Assembly: GCA_025449635.1 (NCBI GenBank)
Contig: JANWIZ010000006.1
Location: 1-51,491 of the forward strand
Source: Patescibacteria group bacterium
Lineage (GTDB): Bacteria; Patescibacteriota; Microgenomatia; Woykebacterales; RBG-16-39-9b
Length of the DNA stretch: 51,491 bases
Reading direction: 5' to 3'
A program made the translations under genes and the position numbers. Under the pieces are notes generated by a model. The model had not been told where the DNA came from, did no database searches, and was given only the letters and a program-made list of their open reading frames with translations. This document shows positions 44,573 through 51,491 of this stretch, one piece after another (position 1 is the first letter of the stretch; every line of letters starts with the position of its first letter).

Positions 44573-45655
44573 CTATTTATTTCCTAAAGTTTCATTAATT
44601 ATCCTACATATTTGCGATACACTACTTGGTTTCAAATCTGGGTACAAAGGCAAGCAAAGTACCTTAGACGCAGTCTCTTCAGAGTTTGGCATTTTTTGTT
44701 TTTTTACATAATTAAGTTTGTTAAGAGATGGGAAAAAATATCTTCTTGGATAAATATCATTTTTGTTAAGTTCTTCCTTCACTTTCCTCATCATAGCTTC
44801 ATTTTCAAAAATAATTGGAAAATAGGAATAATTGTAGGCTATTTTTCTTGGCAATTCTGGTCTTTTTATTCCGTTAAATTTTAACTTGCTTTCGTAAATT
44901 TCTGTTAGTCTTTTTCTTTTTTCGATAAGAAAGCGGACTTTCGGTAATAAGGACAAACCCATTGCAGCGTGAAGCTCCGAGTTTTTTCCATTAATACCTA
45001 AGCCCCAAAATTCCTCTTGACCTTTATGGCCAAAGTTTCTCATATATTCAATTTTGTGTGCTAGTTCATTGCTATTAGTAACGATTGCACCGCCCTCTCC
45101 AGAATGAAAGATTTTAGTTGCATGAAAACTTAATATTGATATATCTCCCATATTTAAAATCGATTTTCCATTTAATTTCACTCCAAAAGCATGTGCCGCG
45201 TCATACAAAAGCTTTATATTGTGTTTCTTTGCTATTTTTTGAAGCTTTTCATTTTCACAAGGTATTCCATATACATGCGTTACAAGTATTCCAGTCGTCT
45301 TCTTTGTGATTGCTTTTTCTACTTTTTCTGGATCTATACATAAAGTTTTAGGGTCAATATCTACAAATACTGGTTTACAACCTTCCCACACCAAGCTTGA
45401 AGTGGTTGCAACATATGAGAAAGGTGTCGTGATAACTTCGTTTTTCAAATCTAGAGCTCTAATCGCAATTTGTAAGGCAATTGTTCCATTTGAAACGAAA
45501 AATAAATGTTTTACACCAAGGTAACGCTTAAGTTTATTCTCCAATTCAGAAACTAACGACCCATGGTTTGTAACCTGACCAGTTTCCCAGATTTTTTGTA
45601 AATATTTAGTATATAATCTAAGTGAAGGTAAATATGATTTTGTGACATTTATCAT
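44573..45655 (-). CDS. DegT/DnrJ/EryC1-family PLP-dependent NDP-sugar aminotransferase
   Basis: 360 aa with ITTPFSYVATTSS and SFHATKIFHSGEGGAIV (PLP lysine). Confidence 0.9.
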   Translation of the reverse strand: MINVTKSYLPSLRLYTKYLQKIWETGQVTNHGSLVSELENKLKRYLGVKHLFFVSNGTIALQIAIRALDLKNEVITTPFSYVATTSSLVWEGCKPVFVDIDPKTLCIDPEKVEKAITKKTTGILVTHVYGIPCENEKLQKIAKKHNIKLLYDAAHAFGVKLNGKSILNMGDISILSFHATKIFHSGEGGAIVTNSNELAHKIEYMRNFGHKGQEEFWGLGINGKNSELHAAMGLSLLPKVRFLIEKRKRLTEIYESKLKFNGIKRPELPRKIAYNYSYFPIIFENEAMMRKVKEELNKNDIYPRRYFFPSLNKLNYVKKQKMPNSEETASKVLCLPLYPDLKPSSVSQICRIINETLGNK

Positions 45656-46737
45656 AAGGTCTTTTTTACTTTATCAACAATCCTATTGAACAGTGTTTTT
45701 CGGGTTTGTGAATTCTGAGAAATAAGTTTTTCAATAGTTTTTTCTTTTTGATTCAATAAGTTTTTGTGTGCTAAAAGTTGCTCTATATGCCATCCCAAAT
45801 TGTCCTTATAAAAATCAAATGTTGCAGCTAGCCATTCAAAACTCCTATTACTTTTTTTCTCCATAATTTTTTCGTTAAATTGATTGATATTCGTGTATTT
45901 TAAAGCAGCTAAAAAAGCACTTAAAATTTTTCCTTTTTTCACTGTTGTTAAGTTTTTATATAGAGGATGATTAACGAGACCAACAATAACTAATGATAAA
46001 TCTTTCTGATTTAATGCTTCGATTACATAGTTTCTATTAATATAAAGAACTTCATAAAATTTTACCTCTGGATTGGTATTTGTGATGTTTAATTTATGCG
46101 AACGATAGTAAGTTAGCTTGTTTGCTAGAACTTTAAAAGTACTTTTGGATTTAATATTTCTAAGCCAAAATTCATAATCAGGGCTGTAAATTAGCTCTTT
46201 GTTAAAATTCCCTACTTTCTTGTGGATTTCTGTTCGAATCATTACTGAAGAGTGACAAAGACGATTTCCCCAAACCCAGCTTTTTGGATCATTCAAATCT
46301 ATTTCTACATTAAACCAATTTTCAAATTCTGAATTTCCTTTTTTACCCTTTCCTTCCTCATCAATCTCAGAAATATATGTTCCTAAAATATCCACTTTTG
46401 GATTTTTTTCAAGAAAATTTACTTGCTTCTCTATCCGTTCTGGATGCATGTAATCATCAGAATCTAAACTAACAAAATATTTACCTGTACTTAACTCATA
46501 AGCTCTTGTGTAAGCCTCATAAGCTCCTTGATTCTTCGAATTTGTAATTAGTTTAATTCTAGGCTCTTTAAAACGTTTAATGATTTCAAGAGAATTATCT
46601 GTTGAGCAGTCATCGGAAATGATAAGTTCCCAGTTTTGATAAGTCTGATCTAAAACTGATTGAATGGTTTTTCCAATATATTTGGCGTAGTTATACGAGG
46701 TAACAATAATTGATACCAAAGGTAAAGACTTTCCCAT
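45652..46737 (-). CDS. GT2-family glycosyltransferase with extra C-terminal domain
   Basis: 361 aa with VSIIVTSYNYAKYIGKTIQSVLDQTYQNWELIISDDCSTDNS and LDSDD. Confidence 0.85.
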   Translation of the reverse strand: MGKSLPLVSIIVTSYNYAKYIGKTIQSVLDQTYQNWELIISDDCSTDNSLEIIKRFKEPRIKLITNSKNQGAYEAYTRAYELSTGKYFVSLDSDDYMHPERIEKQVNFLEKNPKVDILGTYISEIDEEGKGKKGNSEFENWFNVEIDLNDPKSWVWGNRLCHSSVMIRTEIHKKVGNFNKELIYSPDYEFWLRNIKSKSTFKVLANKLTYYRSHKLNITNTNPEVKFYEVLYINRNYVIEALNQKDLSLVIVGLVNHPLYKNLTTVKKGKILSAFLAALKYTNINQFNEKIMEKKSNRSFEWLAATFDFYKDNLGWHIEQLLAHKNLLNQKEKTIEKLISQNSQTRKTLFNRIVDKVKKTL

Positions 46738-46780
46738 CGCTTGTATATTAAAAGCTTACAGTCAAAATAACAACAATTTG

Positions 46781-48535
46781 TTATTTTACTGTAACCGACT
46801 TTGCTAAGTTACGAGGTTTATCGGGGTCATAACCTTTTTCTAAAGCTAAATAATAACCAAGAATTTGCGCAGGAACAACCAAAGGTATTAGCGACGCTTC
46901 CTGAATATCCTTTACTTCAATCCAATGGTCAAAGACATCTGCCTTTGTTGGTCCAATTCCAATAATTAAACCCCCGCGCGAACGTATTTCGGTAGCGTTG
47001 GAAATAATTGCCTGATAAGTCTCATCATTAGGTGCAAAAACAATGCAAGGAGATCCTTTATCTATCAACGCAATTGTCCCGTGCTTTAGCTCGCCTCCAG
47101 CAAACCCCTCTGTGTGAATATAGCTTACCTCTTTGATCTTCATGGCTGTTTCTAATGCCAGCGCATAAGTAACACCCCGACCGATTGTATAAATATGCTC
47201 CTTAGAGGCTAATACTTTTGCAATATTTTTAAGTTTCTTTAAATTACTTGATTCAAGAATCCTTTCTATTTCTCCAGCTGCTTGAAACAGTAAATTTTGT
47301 GCGTCTTTAACTTTATTTGCAAGCGTAAAGGTCAATAAGAGTAGGAAAGCTATCTTTGCTGTGTAGGCTTTTGTCGAAGCAACAGCTAACTCTGGACCTG
47401 CTCCAAGTAAAATCTTAATGTCCCCCATCCGATAAATTGTCGATCCTAAAGCATTTACTATTGAAGCAATTCTAACCCCGCTTTTTTTAGCAAAGTTTAA
47501 CGGCTCTACCACATCAATAGTCTCCCCACTTTGAGATAATGCAATTACCAAACTTTTTTTTGTAAGAAACTTTTCTAAGTATACAAATTCTGAGGCGAAG
47601 GAAGTATTGACATGTCTATCTATTTTTGAAAATAAATAGGTTGCAGCTAAACAAGCATAAGAAGCGGTTCCTGAACCTATTAGAAATGTTCCTTTGGCTT
47701 TTTCCACCGCCGTTGCCAGAATTTTTGCCTCAGAAACCAAAGTATTAGCAACATTCCTAATGACTTTAGGTTGCTCATAAATTTCTTTTAACAAATAGTG
47801 AGGGTATTTACCTAAATCGTTGTCGAGAACACTCCAATCAAGGGTTATTAACTTTTTCCTAATAAAGTTGCCTGATTTAAGATCAAAAATCTTAATCCCA
47901 TCTTTACCCAAAGTTGCCAACTGACCATCATCCAAAAAAATAACCCTTTTCGTATGAGGAAGAATTGCAGTCGCATCGGAAGATAGATAAAATACATCCT
48001 CTCCTTCTCCCAAAACTAAAGGTGAACCGTTTTTAGCTACCACTATTTCGCCATTTCCTGATCCAACCGCAATAGCATTCAAGCCCTCAAGTTTAGAAAA
48101 TACTTTCCGAACCGCGTCTTTAAGGGTATGTGACCCTACCTCCTCTTCTATCATATGAATTATTACTTCAGTATCGGTTTGGGATCTGAAATGATGGCTT
48201 TTTGACAAATTTTTTACAAGCAGTTGGTAGTTTTCAACAATACCGTTATGAACTAAACTAAGACTATTGTCACAAGATAAATGTGGGTGTGAATTCTCCT
48301 TAGTTACACCACCATGAGTAGCCCAACGAGTGTGTCCTAGACTTATTGTTGAATCTGGTAAAGTTACTATCGAACTACCAATTTTTCCGGAAGCTTTTTC
48401 AACTAGAAATGTCTTATTACTTCTAACTGTTACACCCCATGAATCATAACCACGATATTCGAGTACTCGCAAGCTCTCTAATGTTTCTTTTGCCGTTCTC
48501 GGTGTTTTTGAAACGTAACCAAAAATTCCGCACAT
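46781..48535 (-). CDS. glmS: Glutamine--fructose-6-phosphate aminotransferase
   Basis: 584 aa with N-terminal MCGIFGY (Cys nucleophile), two SIS domains and a C-terminal LAKSVTVK. Confidence 0.95.
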   Translation of the reverse strand: MCGIFGYVSKTPRTAKETLESLRVLEYRGYDSWGVTVRSNKTFLVEKASGKIGSSIVTLPDSTISLGHTRWATHGGVTKENSHPHLSCDNSLSLVHNGIVENYQLLVKNLSKSHHFRSQTDTEVIIHMIEEEVGSHTLKDAVRKVFSKLEGLNAIAVGSGNGEIVVAKNGSPLVLGEGEDVFYLSSDATAILPHTKRVIFLDDGQLATLGKDGIKIFDLKSGNFIRKKLITLDWSVLDNDLGKYPHYLLKEIYEQPKVIRNVANTLVSEAKILATAVEKAKGTFLIGSGTASYACLAATYLFSKIDRHVNTSFASEFVYLEKFLTKKSLVIALSQSGETIDVVEPLNFAKKSGVRIASIVNALGSTIYRMGDIKILLGAGPELAVASTKAYTAKIAFLLLLTFTLANKVKDAQNLLFQAAGEIERILESSNLKKLKNIAKVLASKEHIYTIGRGVTYALALETAMKIKEVSYIHTEGFAGGELKHGTIALIDKGSPCIVFAPNDETYQAIISNATEIRSRGGLIIGIGPTKADVFDHWIEVKDIQEASLIPLVVPAQILGYYLALEKGYDPDKPRNLAKSVTVK

Positions 48536-49515
48536 TAGTCTAATATTCTAATAAGTTCTTTAGCAATTTTGCTTGAATCGTGGCGAATAAAGCTTCTCTT
48601 TAACTTATCCCCAGTTGATTTTTCAATCGGATCTGAGGCAAGAAAATCTTGCCTGACAATTTTGAAACCTTTTTCAATTAAATCATCTTCAACTGGTGAG
48701 TCTTGTTCAGCTACATAACGCTCTATGATATCCTCTGGAAGTTTTGTGTCGTTGATTAAAACAAAATCTAAGCAGTTACCTAAATATTTCTGCATTTCCC
48801 CTACAAAGTCACTGGCTTTGAAACCAAAAGTCTGCCCGTACTTCGTCATCAAATTTACAATATAAACTTTCTTTGCTTTTGAATTGCAAATAGCTTCTCT
48901 CACTTCGGGTACAACTAAATTCGGAACAAGTGAGGTGTATAAATCTCCTGGACCAATCACTATCAAGTCAGCTTGCTCTATCGCCTCCAAAGTTTTCTTA
49001 TACGCAGTTGCCTTCGGTTCTAAATACAAATTCTTGATTCTCAAAGTCCCATCATGCTTCGGAACATCAATCTCATCTTCACTTTTGACCACTGAACCGT
49101 CCTCATACTCAGCAACTAAATTTGCATTTGTTAAAGTCACTGGCAATACTTTACCCTTGATGTTCAAGATTTTACTTGTTTCCTCAAGAGCTTTTTCCAT
49201 ACCGCCAGAAACTTCCGCAAGAGTAGTTAAGAAAATATTCCCAAAACTATGTCCAGCTAGTCCTTCGCCTTTCTCAAAACGATAGTTAAAAAGCTCTCTC
49301 AAAGTTGAAGTATCCCGACTCAGGGCCACAAGGGCTTGTCTAACATCTCCGGTAGGTAAGTGACCAAATTCATCTCGCAAGCGTCCAGAGGAACCGCCAG
49401 AATCCATCATTGTAACAACTGCTGTTAGATCTAAACTAATGCCGTTCAGACCGGTTAACACTGTATATGTACCCGTTCCCCCACCAATAACTACAATTTT
49501 TTTGGACTTTGTCAT
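48535..49515 (-). CDS. YvcK/GlmR (CofD-like, UPF0052) family protein
   Basis: 326 aa with IVVIGGGTGTYTVLTGL and MMDSGGSSGRLRDEFG. Its stop overlaps the glmS start by 1 nt (TAATG). Confidence 0.85.
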   Translation of the reverse strand: MTKSKKIVVIGGGTGTYTVLTGLNGISLDLTAVVTMMDSGGSSGRLRDEFGHLPTGDVRQALVALSRDTSTLRELFNYRFEKGEGLAGHSFGNIFLTTLAEVSGGMEKALEETSKILNIKGKVLPVTLTNANLVAEYEDGSVVKSEDEIDVPKHDGTLRIKNLYLEPKATAYKKTLEAIEQADLIVIGPGDLYTSLVPNLVVPEVREAICNSKAKKVYIVNLMTKYGQTFGFKASDFVGEMQKYLGNCLDFVLINDTKLPEDIIERYVAEQDSPVEDDLIEKGFKIVRQDFLASDPIEKSTGDKLKRSFIRHDSSKIAKELIRILD

Positions 49516-49595
49516 ATTATTTTAACGAGGTAATTTTATCATATTTTTACAGTTTGGTTGTAAGTTTCAAACAAACCTGTTTTAATCAACGTTCT

Positions 49596-51206
49596 ATGAC
49601 CAAACGAAGTAAAAGAAATCACTTTGCTATTCAAAAATTTATTTCTTTACCTTTCCATTTCTTAGCGTTTACTTTAGTACCCATATTGTTTTTTATTTCT
49701 AAAAATCTAGGTCAAGTTTCCTCATTCAATAACGATGCGCTTATTTTGATAATTGCTTCATTAGTTTGTGCAATTACAATTTGGACCATTTTATTTTTTT
49801 TCTCCAAGAATTACGAGAAGAGTTCGTTAATTACTACTGTAATTCTAGTAAGTTTTTTCTCTTATGTTCCTTTGCTTAAATTTTGGCAGAAAATTCCAAT
49901 GAAACTATCAAATAACACGATTGAATTATCACTTTATCTTTTCTTAATTACATTAGTGACTATTACCACTATAGTAATTTTTAAATTTAGAAAATCTTTA
50001 GCGATTTGGACTAAGTTTTTTAATATTATTGCTCTTACCTTACTAATAATTTCCCTCGGTACAATTGCTAAATACGAGCTTTCTCAGTTAAAAATTAATC
50101 TAAATAAAACAAGCGAACGAATGGAGATAGATAAGATGAATCTCAAGAAACCAGAAAACCCTCCTGATGTCTACTATATAATTTTTGACGCATTTCCAAG
50201 ATCAGATACTCTTTCTAAGCTTTATAATTATGACGATAAAAGCCTTGATCATTTTTTTGTTAAAAAAGGTTTTTTCATCGCAACCAAAAGTGTTAGTAAT
50301 TATGCTCATACTCATTTTTCCCTTCCGTCAAGTTTGAATATGAGATATCTAAACTATCTGACCGATGAGATTGGCGGCAAAAGCAATAATATAAATCTAC
50401 CAAAAGAAATGATCAGAAATAACGATGTGATTTATGCATTTAAGTCGCTTGGTTATAAAATTATCCAAATAGGTTCGGAGTATGATCACACAGCGTCAAA
50501 TCCCTATGCTGATCTAAATATAAACAACTCAGATGCTGTGATAAAAATTGGTAAATTATCGTTGGCGGTAAATAACTATTTAACTACCTTTTTGGAAACA
50601 ACAGCTTTATATCCCGCGATTAAAAATTTAACTGATAATAACGTAAGAACTATCCGCCTTAACGCGGTGAACAATGTTCCTAAAACACTTAAAGAACAGG
50701 GTCCGAAATTCGTTTTTGCCCATCTTACTATCTCTCACCCATCCCCTTTGTTTGATAAAAATGGAGCGCCTGTCAGCGATGCAGTTTTAAATTCAATTTC
50801 TAACATTTATACTGACATAAATCATAACTTAGATCAAAATATTTTTGTTATGAAAAAAATGAAAGAAATTATAGATAAATTACTTTCCAACTTAGAAAAT
50901 CAGCCAATAATTATTATTCAATCCGACCACGGTCCTACCTCGATTCTTGGACACCCGCATCATTGGGAAAGACCGTTTGAAAATAAGATTGAAGGTCTCA
51001 AGGAAAGAATGAGGATATTAAACGCTTATTATTTTCCGAAAGTTAAAAACCCAAATCTTTACGAAACAATAACCCCTGTCAATACATTTCGTGTTTTGTT
51101 TAATACGTATTTTGGGGGTAATTTTAATCTTCTTGAAGATAGGAGCTATTATTCAGATCACGTTAATAAGTATGAATTTTTTGATGTAACTAAAATTGTA
51201 AAATAA
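49596..51206 (+). CDS. Polytopic membrane protein with extracytoplasmic alkaline-phosphatase-superfamily (LtaS/GacH/sulfatase-like) domain, paralog 2
   Basis: I prefer ATG 49596 (MTKRSKRNHF), because the track start 49509 overlaps the divergent yvcK gene. N-terminal TM helices are followed by VYYIIFDAFPRSD, SNYAHTHFSLPSSLNM and IIQSDHGPTS. The C-terminus is paralogous to 19809..21404. Confidence 0.7.
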   Translation: MTKRSKRNHFAIQKFISLPFHFLAFTLVPILFFISKNLGQVSSFNNDALILIIASLVCAITIWTILFFFSKNYEKSSLITTVILVSFFSYVPLLKFWQKIPMKLSNNTIELSLYLFLITLVTITTIVIFKFRKSLAIWTKFFNIIALTLLIISLGTIAKYELSQLKINLNKTSERMEIDKMNLKKPENPPDVYYIIFDAFPRSDTLSKLYNYDDKSLDHFFVKKGFFIATKSVSNYAHTHFSLPSSLNMRYLNYLTDEIGGKSNNINLPKEMIRNNDVIYAFKSLGYKIIQIGSEYDHTASNPYADLNINNSDAVIKIGKLSLAVNNYLTTFLETTALYPAIKNLTDNNVRTIRLNAVNNVPKTLKEQGPKFVFAHLTISHPSPLFDKNGAPVSDAVLNSISNIYTDINHNLDQNIFVMKKMKEIIDKLLSNLENQPIIIIQSDHGPTSILGHPHHWERPFENKIEGLKERMRILNAYYFPKVKNPNLYETITPVNTFRVLFNTYFGGNFNLLEDRSYYSDHVNKYEFFDVTKIVK

Positions 51207-51213
51207 AACCAGG

Positions 51214-51491
51214 TTAATTTATATTTGATTTGAAATACTCAATTGTTTTTACTAACCCCTCTCGAAGTGAAGTTTTTGGTTTCCAGCTGGTACTATTAAT
51301 CAATTTTTGCGAACTCGCGTATGTTGCCTGGGTATCCCCGGTTCTTTGACCTAAATCTTTGATTTCAACTTTGTAGCCAACAATATCAAAAATTGTCTCA
51401 ATTACATCTTTAACTTTTGTTCCAATTTCTGATCCTACATTAAATATTTCTAATCCTTTTATGTTCAAAACCGCAACATGAGCGGCTGCCA
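51214..51491 (-). CDS. C-terminal part of an NAD-dependent NDP-sugar epimerase/dehydratase (N-terminus beyond window)
   Basis: The reading frame stays open upstream of the track's TTG 51468 (...AAAHVAVLNIKGLEIFNVGSE...). The C-terminal SWKPKTSLREGLVKTIEYF is typical of extended SDR epimerases. Confidence 0.7.
   Translation of the reverse strand, partial: AAAHVAVLNIKGLEIFNVGSEIGTKVKDVIETIFDIVGYKVEIKDLGQRTGDTQATYASSQKLINSTSWKPKTSLREGLVKTIEYFKSNIN

Noticed and set aside
48536-48620. I looked for a glmS ribozyme upstream of glmS and for a T-box leader upstream of glyQS (13350-13391).
   Set aside because: glmS overlaps the upstream yvcK-like gene by 1 nt, so it has no leader. The glyQS upstream gap is only 42 nt, too short for a T-box.
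1123-49285. The ORF track lists many 60-142 aa ORFs nested inside or antisense to the large genes. Examples are 1123-1320, 1568-1927, 2418-2855, 3194-3613, 4457-4801, 9029-9274, 28463-28867, 35692-35991, 41518-41946 and 48884-49285.
   Set aside because: Each lies wholly within a longer ORF that has clear family motifs. Their translations are low-complexity or hydrophobic with no recognisable motifs. Such shadow ORFs are expected in AT-rich DNA opposite real genes, so I do not call them.
49509-49595. The ORF track extends several ORFs at the 5-prime end: 49509, 33910 (GTG), 31525, 16734, 17408 (GTG), 18531 (TTG) and 38380 (TTG).
   Set aside because: The extensions overlap neighbouring genes or promoter boxes and add residues not typical of the families. 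Downstream starts (ATG, or GTG for manC) give canonical N-termini. Three of them (31450, 16710, 18525) also have a better Shine-Dalgarno sequence. Start sites remain predictions.
19809-51206. I asked whether the inverted paralogous LtaS-like genes could act as inverted repeats of an invertible or mobile segment.
   Set aside because: The similarity is at protein level. The nucleotide sequences of the most similar C-terminal regions differ at many positions. No recombinase, transposase or integrase gene and no target-site duplication is visible.
1-51491. I considered alternative genetic code (UGA recoding as in some CPR lineages), CRISPR arrays, tRNA/rRNA genes and defence or mobile elements.
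   Set aside because: TGA clearly terminates genes just before the next start (for example 8767-8769 and 2998-3000), and all family-sized ORFs are intact under the standard code. I found no spaced direct-repeat arrays, no cloverleaf-like or rRNA-like stretches in the few intergenic gaps, and no nuclease, recombinase or phage-type proteins.

Overview
This is an AT-rich, very gene-dense bacterial window. Most gene junctions overlap or are under 60 nt, and the largest gap is 7801-8106. I see no rRNA or tRNA genes, CRISPR arrays, transposases, integrases, phage genes or recognisable defence genes. Gene content and style suggest a reduced Patescibacteria/CPR-like genome: a compressed dcw operon, DUF4012, dominant envelope glycosylation and almost no central metabolism. 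That placement is inference only. The window has four blocks. (1) 1-7800, minus strand: mraZ-rsmH-ftsL-ftsI-murE-glmU(uridyltransferase half only)-murC-murB(partial). A near-consensus promoter and three 10-bp-phased GTGG boxes lie upstream of mraZ. (2) 8107-12008, plus strand: a tightly coupled operon. It encodes a GlmU-type acetyltransferase half, an ATP-citrate-lyase-type beta-like subunit, a SucD-type alpha subunit, a 4-TM protein and a short citryl-CoA-lyase-like protein. This split citrate-cleavage module is my top candidate for something unusual. (3) 12030-14781: glyQS, a SpoIIM-like membrane protein and recO. (4) 14800-51491: a roughly 37-kb envelope glycopolymer super-locus, which contains the following. 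Initiation and activation genes: DUF4012 protein, initiating phosphoglycosyl transferase, manC-like gene, rmlA/B/D plus an atypical cupin, and yvcK(glmR)-glmS. Glycosyltransferases: GT4 and GT2 enzymes and two GT2-GT4 fusion enzymes. Export and side-chain genes: a Wzm/Wzt-type ABC exporter and an Und-P-sugar three-component set (GT2, small flippase-like protein, GT-C). Tailoring and amino-sugar genes: a kinase-like/methyltransferase fusion, extracytoplasmic deacetylase and metallophosphoesterase, CapD-like dehydratase, SDRs, methyltransferases, a DegT aminotransferase and an ATP-grasp-HAD fusion. Two paralogous LtaS/GacH-like membrane phosphotransferase candidates sit toward the two ends of the locus (19809-21404 and 49596-51206). 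A 48-49 nt element is duplicated immediately upstream of two different sugar-1-phosphate nucleotidyltransferase genes. All functional calls come from motifs I recognise by eye in the supplied translations; no database search was possible.
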